A stretch of 64,000 bases of DNA from Eledone cirrhosa (taxonomy: Eukaryota), in NCBI GenBank assembly GCA_964016885.1, contig OZ024740.1:361088001-361152000 (forward strand). Reading direction: 5' to 3'. A program made the position numbers and the translations under genes. The notes below the pieces were generated by a model. The model was not told the DNA's origin. It worked only from the letters and a program-made list of their open reading frames with translations, and made no database searches. Shown here one piece after another: positions 27,151 to 39,838 of the stretch (its first letter is position 1; each line of letters opens with the position of its first letter).

Positions 27151-27437
27151 ACTCATACATATATGCTGAACATTTTTGTAATTTTCCTAAAAATATATTA
27201 TTAAAATATCATTCTGATCTTTAATCACTTCCATATATCTGTAATAAGCATAAATCATAAGGTTTCTATTATGCAAACTGTCATTTTATCAAAACACAAA
27301 ATTTCCAGTTTGTATGATTGTTCATATATCTGGTGATCCTGGTATATATTGCAATGCTGGACTTCAAAAATTAAATATATTCACTGCCATCATTATTGGT
27401 GGCATGGGTCCACTAGTACACACACACACATGGACAT

Positions 27438-27900
27438 ATCTATATATATAAAATAGCTAATTTGTTTGTCTGTTTGTCTCTTATGCACTTAAAAACCAGT
27501 GGACCAATCATATTCAAACTTGGCATGTGAGTTCCTTAGACTCAGGAATAGGTTTTCCTCACACTTGGACCTATATTAATTTGTTTATATGTTTGTTAAT
27601 CTGTGGTAACGGTGGTTGTCATGAGTTATTGTCTTCAATGCAATGAAATGTGACGGAAAATAGAGAGAATAAAGAAGTGAGAATTTGAGAAATTAAATAG
27701 AGCACTGAAAGATGGAACTAAGCAAGTAAGTTAACAATACATGAATGAGTAGAGAAAGAAACAGAGATAAAGAAAGTGAAGAAAGTGAGCGACACATGTT
27801 CAACATAGTAGCCGACACTAAAGCAACAAACACACCTGGTTCAGTATTGAATGTCCCTCTCTCTCTCCTGCATGATAGGAGGTATGAAACTGATGCTCAA
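27438..27900 (+). mobile_element. Helitron-like 5' end
   Basis: a|TCtatatatataaaa followed by (GTTT/GTCT)n and ttcaaacttggcatg; right boundary approximate. Confidence 0.5.
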
Positions 27901-27959
27901 ACAACTGAAATAGGATATGAAAGGAATAAAGAAACACAATATGAAATCATATTGCAACT

Positions 27960-28515
27960 ACAAGATATGTTACATACAAAGGTGTAAATTCCATAGTTTT
28001 TATAGAATTTCATGTCAGAGGTGGTGGAGATGGTACGTTTTGGTTTTCAACAGTAAAAATGCCTGCATAGCATTCAGCAATAAGTTCTGCACATTCTTTG
28101 GGATTGACAGTAATCTGGCTTGTATGGGGATTGCAAAGAGGACCAACTGGATAGTGAGGTCTCTGCTTTGAATGTTCATATTTCCAGAACACCTTATTGT
28201 CAGGGTTGGTTGCTATGTGCTGTTCAAATTCAAGCACTGCCTTTTTTGTCACCTGCTTGAGATAGTTGGATGATTTATTTTGCTTTTTTCTATTGATATC
28301 TGATTTATGCAATTTGTATTCCCGTTTTGCATTACAACGTTCTTTCCTGGCAAGTCAGACCACTGCAGTCTCCAAAATTGCACTTTGGGGATGTTTTTTC
28401 TGTTTACGTGGCACTGATGCTGCATATGCTGTCCATATTGAGTTCACGATGTTCTGAAGTATAGTGTTCACATCTCCAGAGTCGTAAAATTCAAACCAGT
28501 TTGGGCGTTGTAGCT
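27960..28515 (-). mobile_element. CR1-group LINE fragment (tether region)
   Basis: FEQHIA..NKVFWKY..VGPL..ECAELI...F. Confidence 0.65.
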
Positions 28516-28519
28516 CGGT

Positions 28520-30345
28520 TAACCAGGTAATACTAGAAGGTGTTATACCAAAGGATTGGTGCAGTAGCATCATTGTCAACTGCTACAAAGGTAAAGGTGA
28601 TGCACTAGATAGAGGAAACTATAGAGGTATAAAGCTGATGGACCAGGTCATGAAAGTAACAGAAAGAGTTATAGCACAGTTGATTAGGGACCGAGTGAAA
28701 CTAGATGAGATGCAATTTGGGTTTGTGCCAGGAAGAGGCACCACTGATGCCCTCTTCTTTGTAAGGCAGTTACAGGAAAAGTACCTAGCTAAAACCGCTC
28801 TACCTGGCATTCGTCGATCTCGAGAAAGCCTTTGACAGAGTTCCCCGTGCTATAATCTGGTGGGCTCTTAGAAAACTAGGAGTAGATGAATGCCTTGTGA
28901 AAGCTGCACAAGCCATGTATAGGGGAGCAGTCAGTAAAGTTAGGATTAGCAATGACTATAGCGAGGAATTTAGATTACAGGTCGGTGTCCACCAGGGCTC
29001 TGTTCTTAGCCCTCTCCTGTTCATCATAGTTCTGCAGGCAATAACAGAGGAGCTTAAGACCGGATGCCCATGGGAACTCCTGTATGCAGATGACCTCGCA
29101 CTTATAGCTGAATCTATGGGAGAACTAGAGAAGAAATTCCAAACTTGGAAGCAGGGACTAGCAAGAAAGGGTCTCAGGGTTAACCTGACAAAGACTAAGG
29201 TTTTTGTAAGTAGAAAACAGAACCCAGATCCCCTCAGGGAAATGGCCTTGCTCAGTATGTAGGAAAGGTGTAGGTAGGAACTCCATTCTCTGCCCCAAAT
29301 GCAAACAATGGGTACACAAGAGATGTAGCGGGATCTCAGGAAGCTTAACTAAGAATGTAGGCTTCACATGTAGCAGCTGTGCTGGGACAGCAAGCAGCAA
29401 ACATCCACAGGAAACAAGTACCACCAAACTCTGGGAGGGCTCTGTAGGAACAGTAGACAGCTTCTGCTACCTAGGTGACCGAATTAGCAGCGGAGGTGGG
29501 TGTTCGGAAAGTACAATAACTAAGGTAAGAACGGGATGGAAGAAGTTCAGGGAGCTACTGCCACTGCTAGCTGCAAAAGGGTTTTCCCTCAAAATGAAAG
29601 GCAGACTGTATGATGCGTGTATACGAACAGCAATGTTACATGGTAGTGAGACCTGCATGCTGTCTGTGGAAGACTTGCATAGATTAGAAAGAAAAGAAGC
29701 CTGCATGCTCCGATGGATGTGTAATAGTAATATACGTGAACGGCAAAGCATAAACGAATTGAGAAAGAGACTGAGCATAGGAGGAATCAAATGCTGTGCG
29801 CAGGAGAGGTGGTTGCGTTGGTATGGACATGTGATGCGTATGAAGGATGACAGCTGCATAAAAAGGTGCAGAGCACTAGAAGCTGATGGAAACCACGGAG
29901 TGGAGAGACCCAAGAAAACTTGGGATGAGGTGATAAAAGCTGACCTTACCCAATTACACCTCTCAAAGGCGATGGCACACGACCGTGACCTCTGGCGTCA
30001 TGCAGTAACATAGAAAACCTGACCTCCCACGGGTACAAGCCGAAGCTGAAGCATATAGACAATATGCTCACACACCCTCCCACTGCAAAGTGGTCGTGGA
30101 GGTGCCACGGCAAAAAAGCACCCAGCCCACACTATAGAGTGGACGTGTAGGCGTCACGGAAAAAAAGCACCCAGCACTCACTGTAAATGAGGTTGGTGTT
30201 AGGAAGGGCATCCAGCTGTAGAAATGAAGCCAGAATCAGTTCCCGTATGAGCAAGGCATGGTCAGCCGACCGGACACTGCCCACAACAGGACAACCCGTC
30301 TAACTGATGCTAGCGTGGAAGAACGGACATAAAACGGTGATGATG
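28520..30345 (+). mobile_element. RTE family A, 5'-truncated, frameshifted
   Basis: QFGFVPGRGTTDA, GVHQGSVLSP, LLYADD, Cys-rich insert, LHGSET; long structured 3' UTR and (GAT)n tail. Confidence 0.95.
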
Positions 30346-30487
30346 TAACGAAGGAGGTGTGGTAAGGAACCAGATGGACCATAATGCACCAGAGTACTCA
30401 ATACTTTGGGTAGTAGAGTGGGTAATAGGAAAAAGTTTAACCCTGACGGCAGAGCTCAAGCCGTTTCGACGGCTATTTCTGGACTAT
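30346..30487 (-). mobile_element. Truncated pLTR family H1 (3' half of the hammerhead)
   Basis: Homologous to 33918-34058 and 40497-40637. Confidence 0.8.
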
Positions 30488-30489
30488 GT

Positions 30490-30829
30490 ATCATCATCAT
30501 CATCATTTTACGTCCACTTTTCCCTGCTTGCAAGGGTGGGACGGGAACTGATTCTGGCTTGATTTCTACAGCCGGATGCCCTTCCTAACACCAACCTTAT
30601 TTACAGTGAGTGCTGGGTGCTTTTTTGCCGTGGCACCTCCACGACCACTTTGCAGTGGAATGATATGGACCCCAGTCCCTATCATCTCATTTCTACAGCT
30701 GAGTAAACAGGAGCAATGTGAAATCAAGTGTCTTGCTCAAGGAAACAACACATCACCCGGTCTGAGAATTGAACTCACAACCTTTCGATTGCAAGGCCAA
30801 TGCTCTAACCACTAAGCCATGTGCCTCCA
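30490..30829 (-). mobile_element. Composite tRNA-CORE-RTE SINE
   Basis: tRNA-like head (tggcttagtggtt, gagttcaattct), CORE-like ccttgagcaagacact, RTE-A UTR segment, RTE-C terminus, (ATG)n. Confidence 0.9.
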
Positions 30830-30849
30830 TATGTATATATGTATATATA

Positions 30850-31733
30850 CGAGATGTTTCAGAAAAATTCCAGGACTAATGTCACAAAAGATTTATTTCA
30901 AACCCAAACTTCACACTAAGAGTTTTCTCCTTCAAAGTAATCCCCCTGGAGTCTAATACACTTTTCCATCCTTTTCTGCCACGCTTGCATGCACTCTTGG
31001 AAGGATTCTTCCAGGATCCTCCGCAGTTCCGTCATCACGGCCTTTTTGATGTCATCCACGTCTTCAAAACGGGTCCCCTCCGGGTCGTACTTGAAGATCC
31101 ATGACTCATCACCGGTGATGACTGCCCCTAGCAAATCTGGTTCGGTTTCAAGACGCTCGAGGATGTCCTGGCACACTTGCATGCGTCGACCCTTCTGGTC
31201 ATCGTTCAGCAGTTTTGACACCATCTTCGCGCAGACTTTCTGCATGTCCAAATCTTCAGTGAGAATCTTCCAGACGCTGTTCCGATTCATGCCCAGCTCA
31301 TTTGCCATCAGTTGAACAGTCAGCCAATGATCGCTATGCACCATCTGCCTGACGCGCTCAACGTTGATCTCAGTCCTGGTTGTTGAGGGCCTTCCGCTCC
31401 TGGGGTCATCTTGCACCACTCAAAAACACGTGAGCGTGACATCGTCCCATGTCCATACACTTGCTGCAGCAATCCCAGTGCTTATGACGGAGTTTTCCCC
31501 AACCGCACCAGAAACTTCAAGTTTGTTCGTAGCTCTGTGCTCATTGCTTGACGACCTGAAACAGGACATGTATATAAAATTATGAAGAAAAAAGTTTGAT
31601 CGCTGCAGAGAGCTAAGATTACAGTTACATACTCCAGGGGGATTTCTTTGAAGGAGAAAACTCTTAGTGTGAAGTTTGGGTTTGAAATAAATCTTTTGTG
31701 ACATCAGTCCTGGAACTTTTCTGACACACCTCG
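30850..31733 (-). mobile_element. Internally deleted mariner transposon
   Basis: ~103-bp TIRs in TA context; DDPRSGRP HTH linker, VITGDESWIFKYDPE fused in frame to GTRFED..W..R..KC..QGDYFE. Confidence 0.95.
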
Positions 31734-31769
31734 TATATGTATATATATATATATATATATTCATTTCAT

Positions 31770-32074
31770 TTCATTTTATTTTACGTCCGCTTTTTCCGTG
31801 CTTGCAAGGGTGGGACGGGAACTGATTTTGGCTTGATTTCTTCAGCTGGATGCCCTTCCTAACACCAACCTCATTTACAGTGAGTGGTGGGTGTTTTTTT
31901 TGCCGTGGCACCTCCACGACCACTTTGCAGTGGAATGATATGGACCCCACTCCCTATCATCTCATTTCTACAGCTGAGTAAACTGGAGCAATGTGAAATA
32001 AAGTGTCTTGCTCAAGGAAACAACACATCACCCAGTCTGAGAATTGAACTCACAACCTTTCGATTGCAAGGCCA
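31770..32074 (-). mobile_element. Composite SINE copy (5'-truncated)
   Basis: Highly similar to 30490-30800. Confidence 0.9.
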
Positions 32075-32329
32075 TTTATGTAAGTAATTAGTACATATAT
32101 GTGCATGTGTGTGTATGTCTGTATGTGTATGTATGCATATACATGTCTGCAAGTGTATGTATGCATATACATGTCTGTATGTGTATGTCTGCATGTATGT
32201 ATATTTGTGTGTGTGTCTGTGTGTATGTATGTGTATGTATGTATATGTGTAGGCATGTCTGTGTGTGTGCATGCCTGTGTGAGTGTGTGTCTGTGTAGGA
32301 GTGTATAAAGTGCCTCAATGAAGGTATGT

Positions 32330-33295
32330 TCTTATAGTTTCATTATTTTATAAATTTTTACCAATAGAAAGAAAGCCAGTTTTTAACAAAGATACAAGAC
32401 TCTTTCATTGGAATTTAGACAACATCAACTAGGTAGATATGTATGTACATCTGTATGCATGCATGTGTGTGCAGGTATGAATGTTATTGTATGTGTGGAT
32501 CTGTGTGTTTTGAATTATATGTGTACACATGCATGTTTTGTATCTATACATATGTACTTGCAGTTATTATTTGCAGAATTGTGGGTATGTTTTACATATT
32601 TTTACAGTTCTATTAATGGATTATACATGTAACTTCCTAACTAGTTGTGCTCTTTCTGGTTCTGTGAAGCCTAGCTTCTCAAGATTTCACTCAAGCGGTT
32701 AGTAACATATCCCAAAGCCCCAATAACCACAGGTATAAATATGAAGGCATAGACAGGGTAGAGTATTTGCAGATTCCTCATTAATTCTGCATAGATGTTC
32801 TCCCTTTTGCTAATCTTTAATATTATATCAGCATCTGCTGGGCAGCTGACTTCCACTATTGACTGGAACATTCCACCAGTACTCTTTCATATTATGTATG
32901 TATATATGTCTTCCGCATTGTTGTAATGTTTTAAAATATTTATTGTCGGGATTATATTTTCTATGGATTGCATTCTAGAGTGTTTTGGCCACTACATCAT
33001 GCCTCATAGGTAGATTGTACCATGATGACATTTTTGGACAACTGGTTATGACATGGGTGACATCTTCAATGTTAATTCTGAAGAGTCTGCATTTGTTGTC
33101 ACAGCTGGGTGTTTTTGCCTGTATCTCCATTTCTTTTGTGCATTAGGTATTTTGTATTGATTTCCTGTTCTTAGATTGCAAAAGCATATATTTCAAAGTG
33201 AGAACCAATGTAGTGGTTGTTGGTCCAAGATAAACTACTTTGCTTATCTATATTACTCTCTTTGGAGCCTCCTGGCAACATATCCATGCATGATT
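32330..33295 (-). mobile_element. R4-like fragment (Zn finger-RLE-3' UTR)
   Basis: EQEINTKYL, IVEVSCPAD, IPVVIGALG. Confidence 0.75.
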
Positions 33296-33302
33296 TTAAA
33301 AA

Positions 33303-33690
33303 ATAATAATGAAATTATTGTGTACAGTGCTCAGGTGCACTACAACTCATCAAAGGTGCATGTATAGTACATAGAATAATAAAGTGTCAGGAAAATGAAC
33401 AGTGTATGAGTCATGATATAATAACAATAACAATAATGAAATATTGTGTACAGTGCCCAGGTGCACCACAACTCATCAAAAAAGTGCATGTACAGTACAT
33501 AGGGCAATGCACAAACATCAGTAAAATGAACAGTGCACGAGTCATGATACACACATGTGTGCATGTGTATGGAAGGGGTACATCAGGTGTAGTTTTGGCG
33601 TATTTTGGGAAGCATGAGTGTCTTAAAGGATGCAGTGTCTCGGCAGCTAACAATTGACGCAGGCAGTTTGTTCCATGCTTCAGCAACTCT
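33303..33690 (-). mobile_element. Two tandem CR1 3' ends (family of 18195-19105)
   Basis: AEAWNKLPASIVSCRDTASFKT; agtgctcaggtgcactacaactcatcaaa present twice. Confidence 0.85.
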
Positions 33691-33878
33691 GATAAGCATG
33701 CAGCTTTTCATCCATAGATTTACTGTAGTATTGGTGGTCAATTTCCATGGGTGTGAAATTTTGATTATCATGCAGTATTTGTTCTGGCACATTGCACTCT
33801 GAGTTCAAATTCTACAGAGGTCAATTTTGTCTTTCATCCTTTGATTACCAGCTTAATATTGAGGTCGATTCTTCCACC

Positions 33879-33919
<41 letters not shown>

Positions 33920-34007
33920 ATGAAGGAAATGTGGTAAGGAACCAGATAAACCATAATGCACCAAAGTACTCAATACTTAAGGTAGTAGAGTGGGTAATAG
34001 GAACAAG

Positions 34008-34116
34008 TATGACCCCGACGGCAGAGCTCAAGCCGTTTCGACGGCTAATTCTGGACTAAATGGGAATTTTTAGCCTGATAAATAAATAGCCGAACTTCTC
34101 AGGGGGTAATTCCATA
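34008..34116 (-). ncRNA. Type-I hammerhead-like ribozyme, CUGAGAAG core, GUC site
   Basis: UAUG-gaauu-ACCCC-CUGAGAAG-uu-CGGCUA..UAGCCG-uc-GAAACGGC-uugagcucu-GCCGUC-GGGGU-CAUA. Confidence 0.75.
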
Positions 34117-34592
34117 TATGGGAAGATAGTAATTGTCAAGAGGATTGGTCAAAAATTTGTTGTAAAGACAGTTGATTCTATCATGGCATTTAGTGGAAGG
34201 TAGGGTAGGGGTAGCTGAACTTGCTGGTAGAACAAAGAGAGAGTGGGGGAAGCCCAGTCAAGCTTTGAAAGTGAAATCTATACAGCAGGTTCTAAGGATA
34301 GTGTATAGAAGGTCGAAAAAAGTGTACTGGAGAAGGGGAGGGGAGTGGGGAGTTGAAAAAGTAGGTAAATATATAAAAAAAAACAGATATATAAACAAAC
34401 AGCAATTTCTGGTTACTATTCCATCCCCACCATCCTCAAATCTCTCATTGGTATTGTTAAGCTCTAGAAAAGTTTGTTCTACCAGCAAGTTCAGCTACCC
34501 CTACCCTACCTTCCACTAAATGCCATGATAGAATCAACTGTCTTTACAACAAATTTTTGACCAATCCTCTTGACAATTACTATCTTCCCATA

Positions 34593-34701
34593 TATGGAAT
34601 TACCCCCTGAGAAGTTCGGCTATTTATTTACCGGGCTAAAAATTCTTATTTAGTCCAGAATTAGCCGTCGAAACGGCTTGAGCTCTGCCGTCGGGCTCAT
34701 A
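34593..34701 (+). ncRNA. Second H1 hammerhead (inverted arm)
   Basis: Core at 34607-34614, GAAAC 34670-34674, predicted cleavage after C34692. Confidence 0.75.
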
Positions 34702-34715
34702 CTTGTTCCTATACT

Positions 34716-36840
34716 AAATGAGGAGAATAAATGGGAGAAAGACAGTCTCCCCCACATCGACCCAATAGAGGGACCAGCAGTGTTAGTCGAGGGTAGTATA
34801 ATAAGTAAGGCAATCAAGGATATGAAGACGGGTAAGGTAGCTGGGCCTTCGGAAATAGTTGCTGAGATGCTGAAGGCATCTGGCACGGTGGGACACACCA
34901 TGGTCACCCGGATAGTTAACCAAGTCATACAGAATGGGGTTGTTCCGAAGGACTGGCGTAGTAGTATCATCGTTAACTGTTATAACGGTAAAGGAGATGC
35001 CCTAGATAGGAGTAACTATAGAGGCATTAAATTAATCGACCAGGTCATGAAGGTCACGGAAAAAGTAATAGCGCAACTAATCAGAGAGAGAATTGACCTA
35101 GATGAAATGCAGCTCGGGTTTGTGTCAGGCAAAAGTACCACAGACGCTCTTTTCATTGTACGACAACTACAGGAGAAGTACCTAGCTAAAAGTAAACTCC
35201 TCTACTTAGCTTTTGTCGACTTGGAGAAAGCCTTCGACAGAGTCCCCCGTTCCATTATCTGGTGGGCTCTTAGAAAACTAGGTGTCGACGAATGGCTTGT
35301 GAGAGCTATACAAGCCATGTATAAAGAAACAGTCAGCAAGGTTAGAATTAACAACGAATATAGTGAAGAGTTTAGCGTAAAAGTTGGCGTCCATCAGGGC
35401 TCTGTTCTCAGCCCCCTACTATTTATTATTGCCCTTCAGGCTATAACAGAGGAGTTCAAGACCGGCTGCCCATTGGAACTCCTATACGCAGACGACCTAA
35501 CACTCATAGCTGAATCAATGGCCGAGCTAGAGAAGAAATTCCAAACATGGAAGCACGGCCTAGAATCAAAAGGCCTTAAAATTAATCTGGCTAAGACCAA
35601 AGTTCTAGTTTGTAGGAAAGAAAATAAGGCGGCGGTCCCTTCCGGGAAGTGGCCATGCTCAGTGTGTAGGAAAGGCGTAGGTAGAAACTCCATTTTGTGT
35701 CAGAAATGCAAAGTATGGGTGCATAAAAGATGTAGTGGGATCACAGGTAAGCTAACTAAGAACATAGATTTCACATGTGGCCGGTGCTCTGGTGCAATAA
35801 GTAGCAGCAAGTGGCCACAAAATACTAGCTCTTTCAACTGCGCAGAGGGCTCTATAGAAATAGTGGACAGCTTCCGTTACCTGGGTGACAAAATCAGCAG
35901 TGGGGGGGGGGGGGGTGCTCTGAAAGTACAGTAGCTTGAGTCAGAACTGGATGGAAAAAGTTCAGAGAGCTTATACCACTATTAGCCGCTAAAGGGTTCT
36001 CCCTAAAAATGAAAGGCAGGTTGTATGATGCCTGCATACGAACAGCAATGTTGCATGGCAGTGAGACCTGGGCATTGTGTGCAGAGGATATACGCAGACT
36101 AGAGAGGAACGAAGCTTGCATGCTCCGCTGGATGTGTAATAGTAATATACGTGAACGGCAAAGCATAAACGAACTAAGGAAAAAATTAGAAATAAGAGGG
36201 ATCAGATGTTGTTTACTCGAGAGAAGGCTACGTTGGTATGGACACGTGATGCGCATGAAAGTCGATAGCTGTATAACAAAGTGCAGGGCAATAAAGATAG
36301 ACGGTAGCCACGGAATAGGCAGACCTAGAAAAACCTGGGACGAGCTGATAAACTCCGACCTCACACACTTACACCTCTCCAAGACAATGTCACTGGACCG
36401 AGACCTTTGGCGGTACTCAGTAATAGAGAAGACCCGCCTTACCTAAATACACAGTAAAACCTACTACAGTCAGTAGGCATCTCTAACAAAATACACCCCC
36501 GTCCCACCACCCCCACCCCATCCACACCGCCCCCTTCTATGTAAAGTTATGTCGGTGCCACACCATCCAGGCCGAAACAAATGAGATTGTGTAGGTGTCA
36601 CGACAAAAAAACACACAGTACACGCTATAATGTGGCCGTGTAGGCAACACGGTAAAAACCTCCCAGACCCACACTGTAAATGTGGTTGGTGTTAGGAAGG
36701 GCATCCAACTGTAGAAAACCTGCCAGACAGTCCTATGCGAGCAAGACAATCACTCTTGCCTCAAGTGGGAAAACCCCCGTCCAAACCCATGCAAGCGTGG
36801 AACACGGACGTTAAACGTTGATGATGATGATGATGATGAT
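34716..36840 (+). mobile_element. RTE family B, 5'-truncated
   Basis: RT ORF (NYRGIKL, DLEKAFDRV, YADD, CSVC..C..C..WVHKRC..C..C), frameshift in G-run ~35902-35915, (GAT)n tail. Short tail copy at 56397-56506. Confidence 0.95.
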
Positions 36841-36851
36841 ATATCTATCTA

Positions 36852-36905
<54 letters not shown>

Positions 36906-37899
36906 ACCTTTTTTGACAAGAAATTAGCTGTGTTCAGACCTGGTGAGGGTTGGAGCTTCGCCAGTCTAAAAATGCCGAAGACATGCAGTGTGAGAGGATG
37001 GCACCCCTCCAACTCCATCATGAATTATGGGCTCTTTACTTTACTTACTACTCAAACAATATTAGTATTAACATATCCATCCATAATGAATAATCATGAA
37101 TAATTAGGCTGATTCTATAAATAAAGTTCACTCTAAACTAATTGAGGTAGCATATAGCAATGATGATTAAAAAAGAAATATATATATATATATATATTTA
37201 CATTAATATTTCACACTCAAATTTATATCTTTTGGAAAAATTACAAATTAAAAAGCAAAAACAATAGAAATGATCACCCCCACCACACTTCTCACTGCAC
37301 AACTCTAGAGGTATTGTTGTTTCTTTGTACCTTATCCATTTTGATGCCAAACTATCTGAAACCATCCCTGGTTCTATAATACAAAACTGCTTGTTTTAAA
37401 GTGTTTATATTTATCTAAAAACTTTACATCATAATTTTATGTAAGAGCCTTTGTTAAATTATATTTCAAAACACCAGCTTAACTATTAGATATCAAACCA
37501 ATTGAAATTACCCTTGGTTCTATAATACAATGCTGTTTATTTCTTATATTTAAATTTCCAACATAATATTATGTAAGACTCTAAACACCAGCTTAATAAA
37601 GAGAAATTGGTTATTTGACTAAATCCTTTAAAATGTTTCTTACTTTCAAAATAGGTGAATACACCATTTGAATCTACAGAAGGTGTATCTCATATACATT
37701 CCCGTGCTCTACTGAGTGTATGAGGTGCATTTTATTATGACACCAGCACCAGGAGGGTTATCATATCTGACATAACTGATAAGTCCTCTTCAACCTTTGT
37801 TTGGTAAGCTGGCTGCCCTTCTACTCACCAACCACATTGCAGAGTGTACTGGGTGTGTTTATTGCATCATCAACATTAGAGAGATTGTGTGCCATTATC

Positions 37900-38580
37900 A
37901 CACATGACTTGTGTAGATTAGAAAGAAACGAAGCTTGCATGCTCTGATGGATGTGTAATAGTAATATATGCGAACGGCAAGGCATAAACGAATTGAGAAA
38001 GAGACTGAGCATAAGAGGAATCAAATGCTGTGTGCAGCATTTGATGGTATGGACATGTGATGCGTATGAAGGATGACAGCTGCATAAAAAGGTGCAGAGC
38101 ACTAGAAGCCGATGGAAACCGCAGAGTGGGGAGACCCAAGATGACCTGGGATGAAGTGATAAAAGCCGACCTTACTCAATTGCACCTCTCAAAGGCGATA
38201 ACACATGACCGTGACCTCTGGCATCACGCAGTAATACAGAAGACCCAACTTCCTATGAGTACAAGCCAAAGCTGAAGCATATATACAATATGCACCCCCC
38301 CCCCCACTGCAAAGTGGTCGTGGAGGTGTCACGGAAAAAAAGCACCCAGCCCACACTGTAGAGTGAACGTGTAGGCGTCATTGAAAAAAAAGCACCCAGC
38401 ACTCACTGTAAATGAGCTTGGTGTTAGGAAGGGCATCCAGCAGTAGAAATAAAGCCAGAATCAGTTCCAGTATGTGCAAGACAAGGTCACCTGACCGGAC
38501 ACTGCCAACAACAGAAAAACTCGTCTAACCCATGCTAGCATGGAAGAACAGACGTGAAACGGTGATGATGATGATGATGT
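37900..38580 (+). mobile_element. RTE family A 3' fragment
   Basis: Highly similar to 29670-30345. Confidence 0.9.
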
Positions 38581-38943
38581 CACATCTGACGTAGCATCTC
38601 ATCTGTTTTTGGCTTGGTTTCTACAGCTGAATGCCATTCCTATCATTAACCACTTTCCAATGTAGTATGTATTAATTTGTGATTTGCCAGAGTAAAATAT
38701 AATGATTTAATCAAATATTTCAACTGATTGCTATCAACAGAGAAGTGGGCTGATATATCATTTGTATTGTTTCAGGATTAACATGGCTGACCTCACTGAA
38801 TTAATGAATTGTTAAATCCTTGTTATCATCAAGTTAAACTTAGATTTGTTTGAGTTATTAAATGTAATTCCCTCTAATAAGTGAATATAGATTGGCTAGA
38901 AGCCTATAGAGAAATTACACCTGTGTCTGAAACAAACATTTCC

Positions 38944-39039
<96 letters not shown>

Positions 39040-39838
39040 TATATCATAATCTATAAAGCTCAGTGTATGGACATGCTCCTTTGTTATAGAAATCTACGAT
39101 ATAGAATTTCTTCAATTGAAATTTACAATTCAGTATTCGAAATAGCTTCGATTGCGTCTTGGCACATATCATTTTTTCAATTTCACCCAAAATAACGCAA
39201 AAAATAGATAAAACTCAATATTTTACGATTTTTCTCTCTCATTTAAACTGCTAAACTCTTTCTATTACCATTCAAAATCTATACAACTTCATACTTTCTG
39301 CTACTTTCTCTTTCCAAGCTTGATGGTGATACTGTCCGTTTTACTCTTTATAACCATACTAACTTTTAGTTGCTTCAAACTTAATGATTTATTTACAAAC
39401 ACACACTCACATAAATTGATCAAAAAAAATTTAAAGCAATTAAACAACGTGCGGGATTTATAACCACAAATACACGACTATTCATTAACAACATTTAAAG
39501 CAAGCCGAAGAGAGAGAAGAGAGTGAGGGGGAGAGAGAGAGAGAACGTTTATTATTACATAAAATACCAGTAATGTACTGGGTATTTGCTGGCTTTGTGC
39601 CAAAAAAGTAGAAACAATTATTACATTTCATACGAAACGACAATTATTCAAAAGCAACAGATACATTTATTCAACAACAAGCGATAAATCTTTTTTAAAA
39701 CCTCTCAACGAACATGGATTCTTACAGACTTTGAGTCGAATCGGTTTGAAATTGTGCAAATGTATAAACATGGAACATGTGCACACACAAAACAACAACA
39801 ACAATCTGCCTTTTATAGATAATGATAAACAATAATAT

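Larger units (their letters stand above)
33918..34714 (-). mobile_element. Non-coding head-to-head Penelope-type pLTR element, family H1
   Basis: ~240-bp inverted arms 33997-34236 / 34473-34712, each carrying a hammerhead-like motif. Confidence 0.8.

Noticed and set aside
30755-30829. tRNA gene
   Set aside because: Poor cloverleaf and continuous with the SINE body in multiple copies.
36936-37020. CTGGTGA followed by a hairpin
   Set aside because: No GAAA box or stem I partner; too degenerate.
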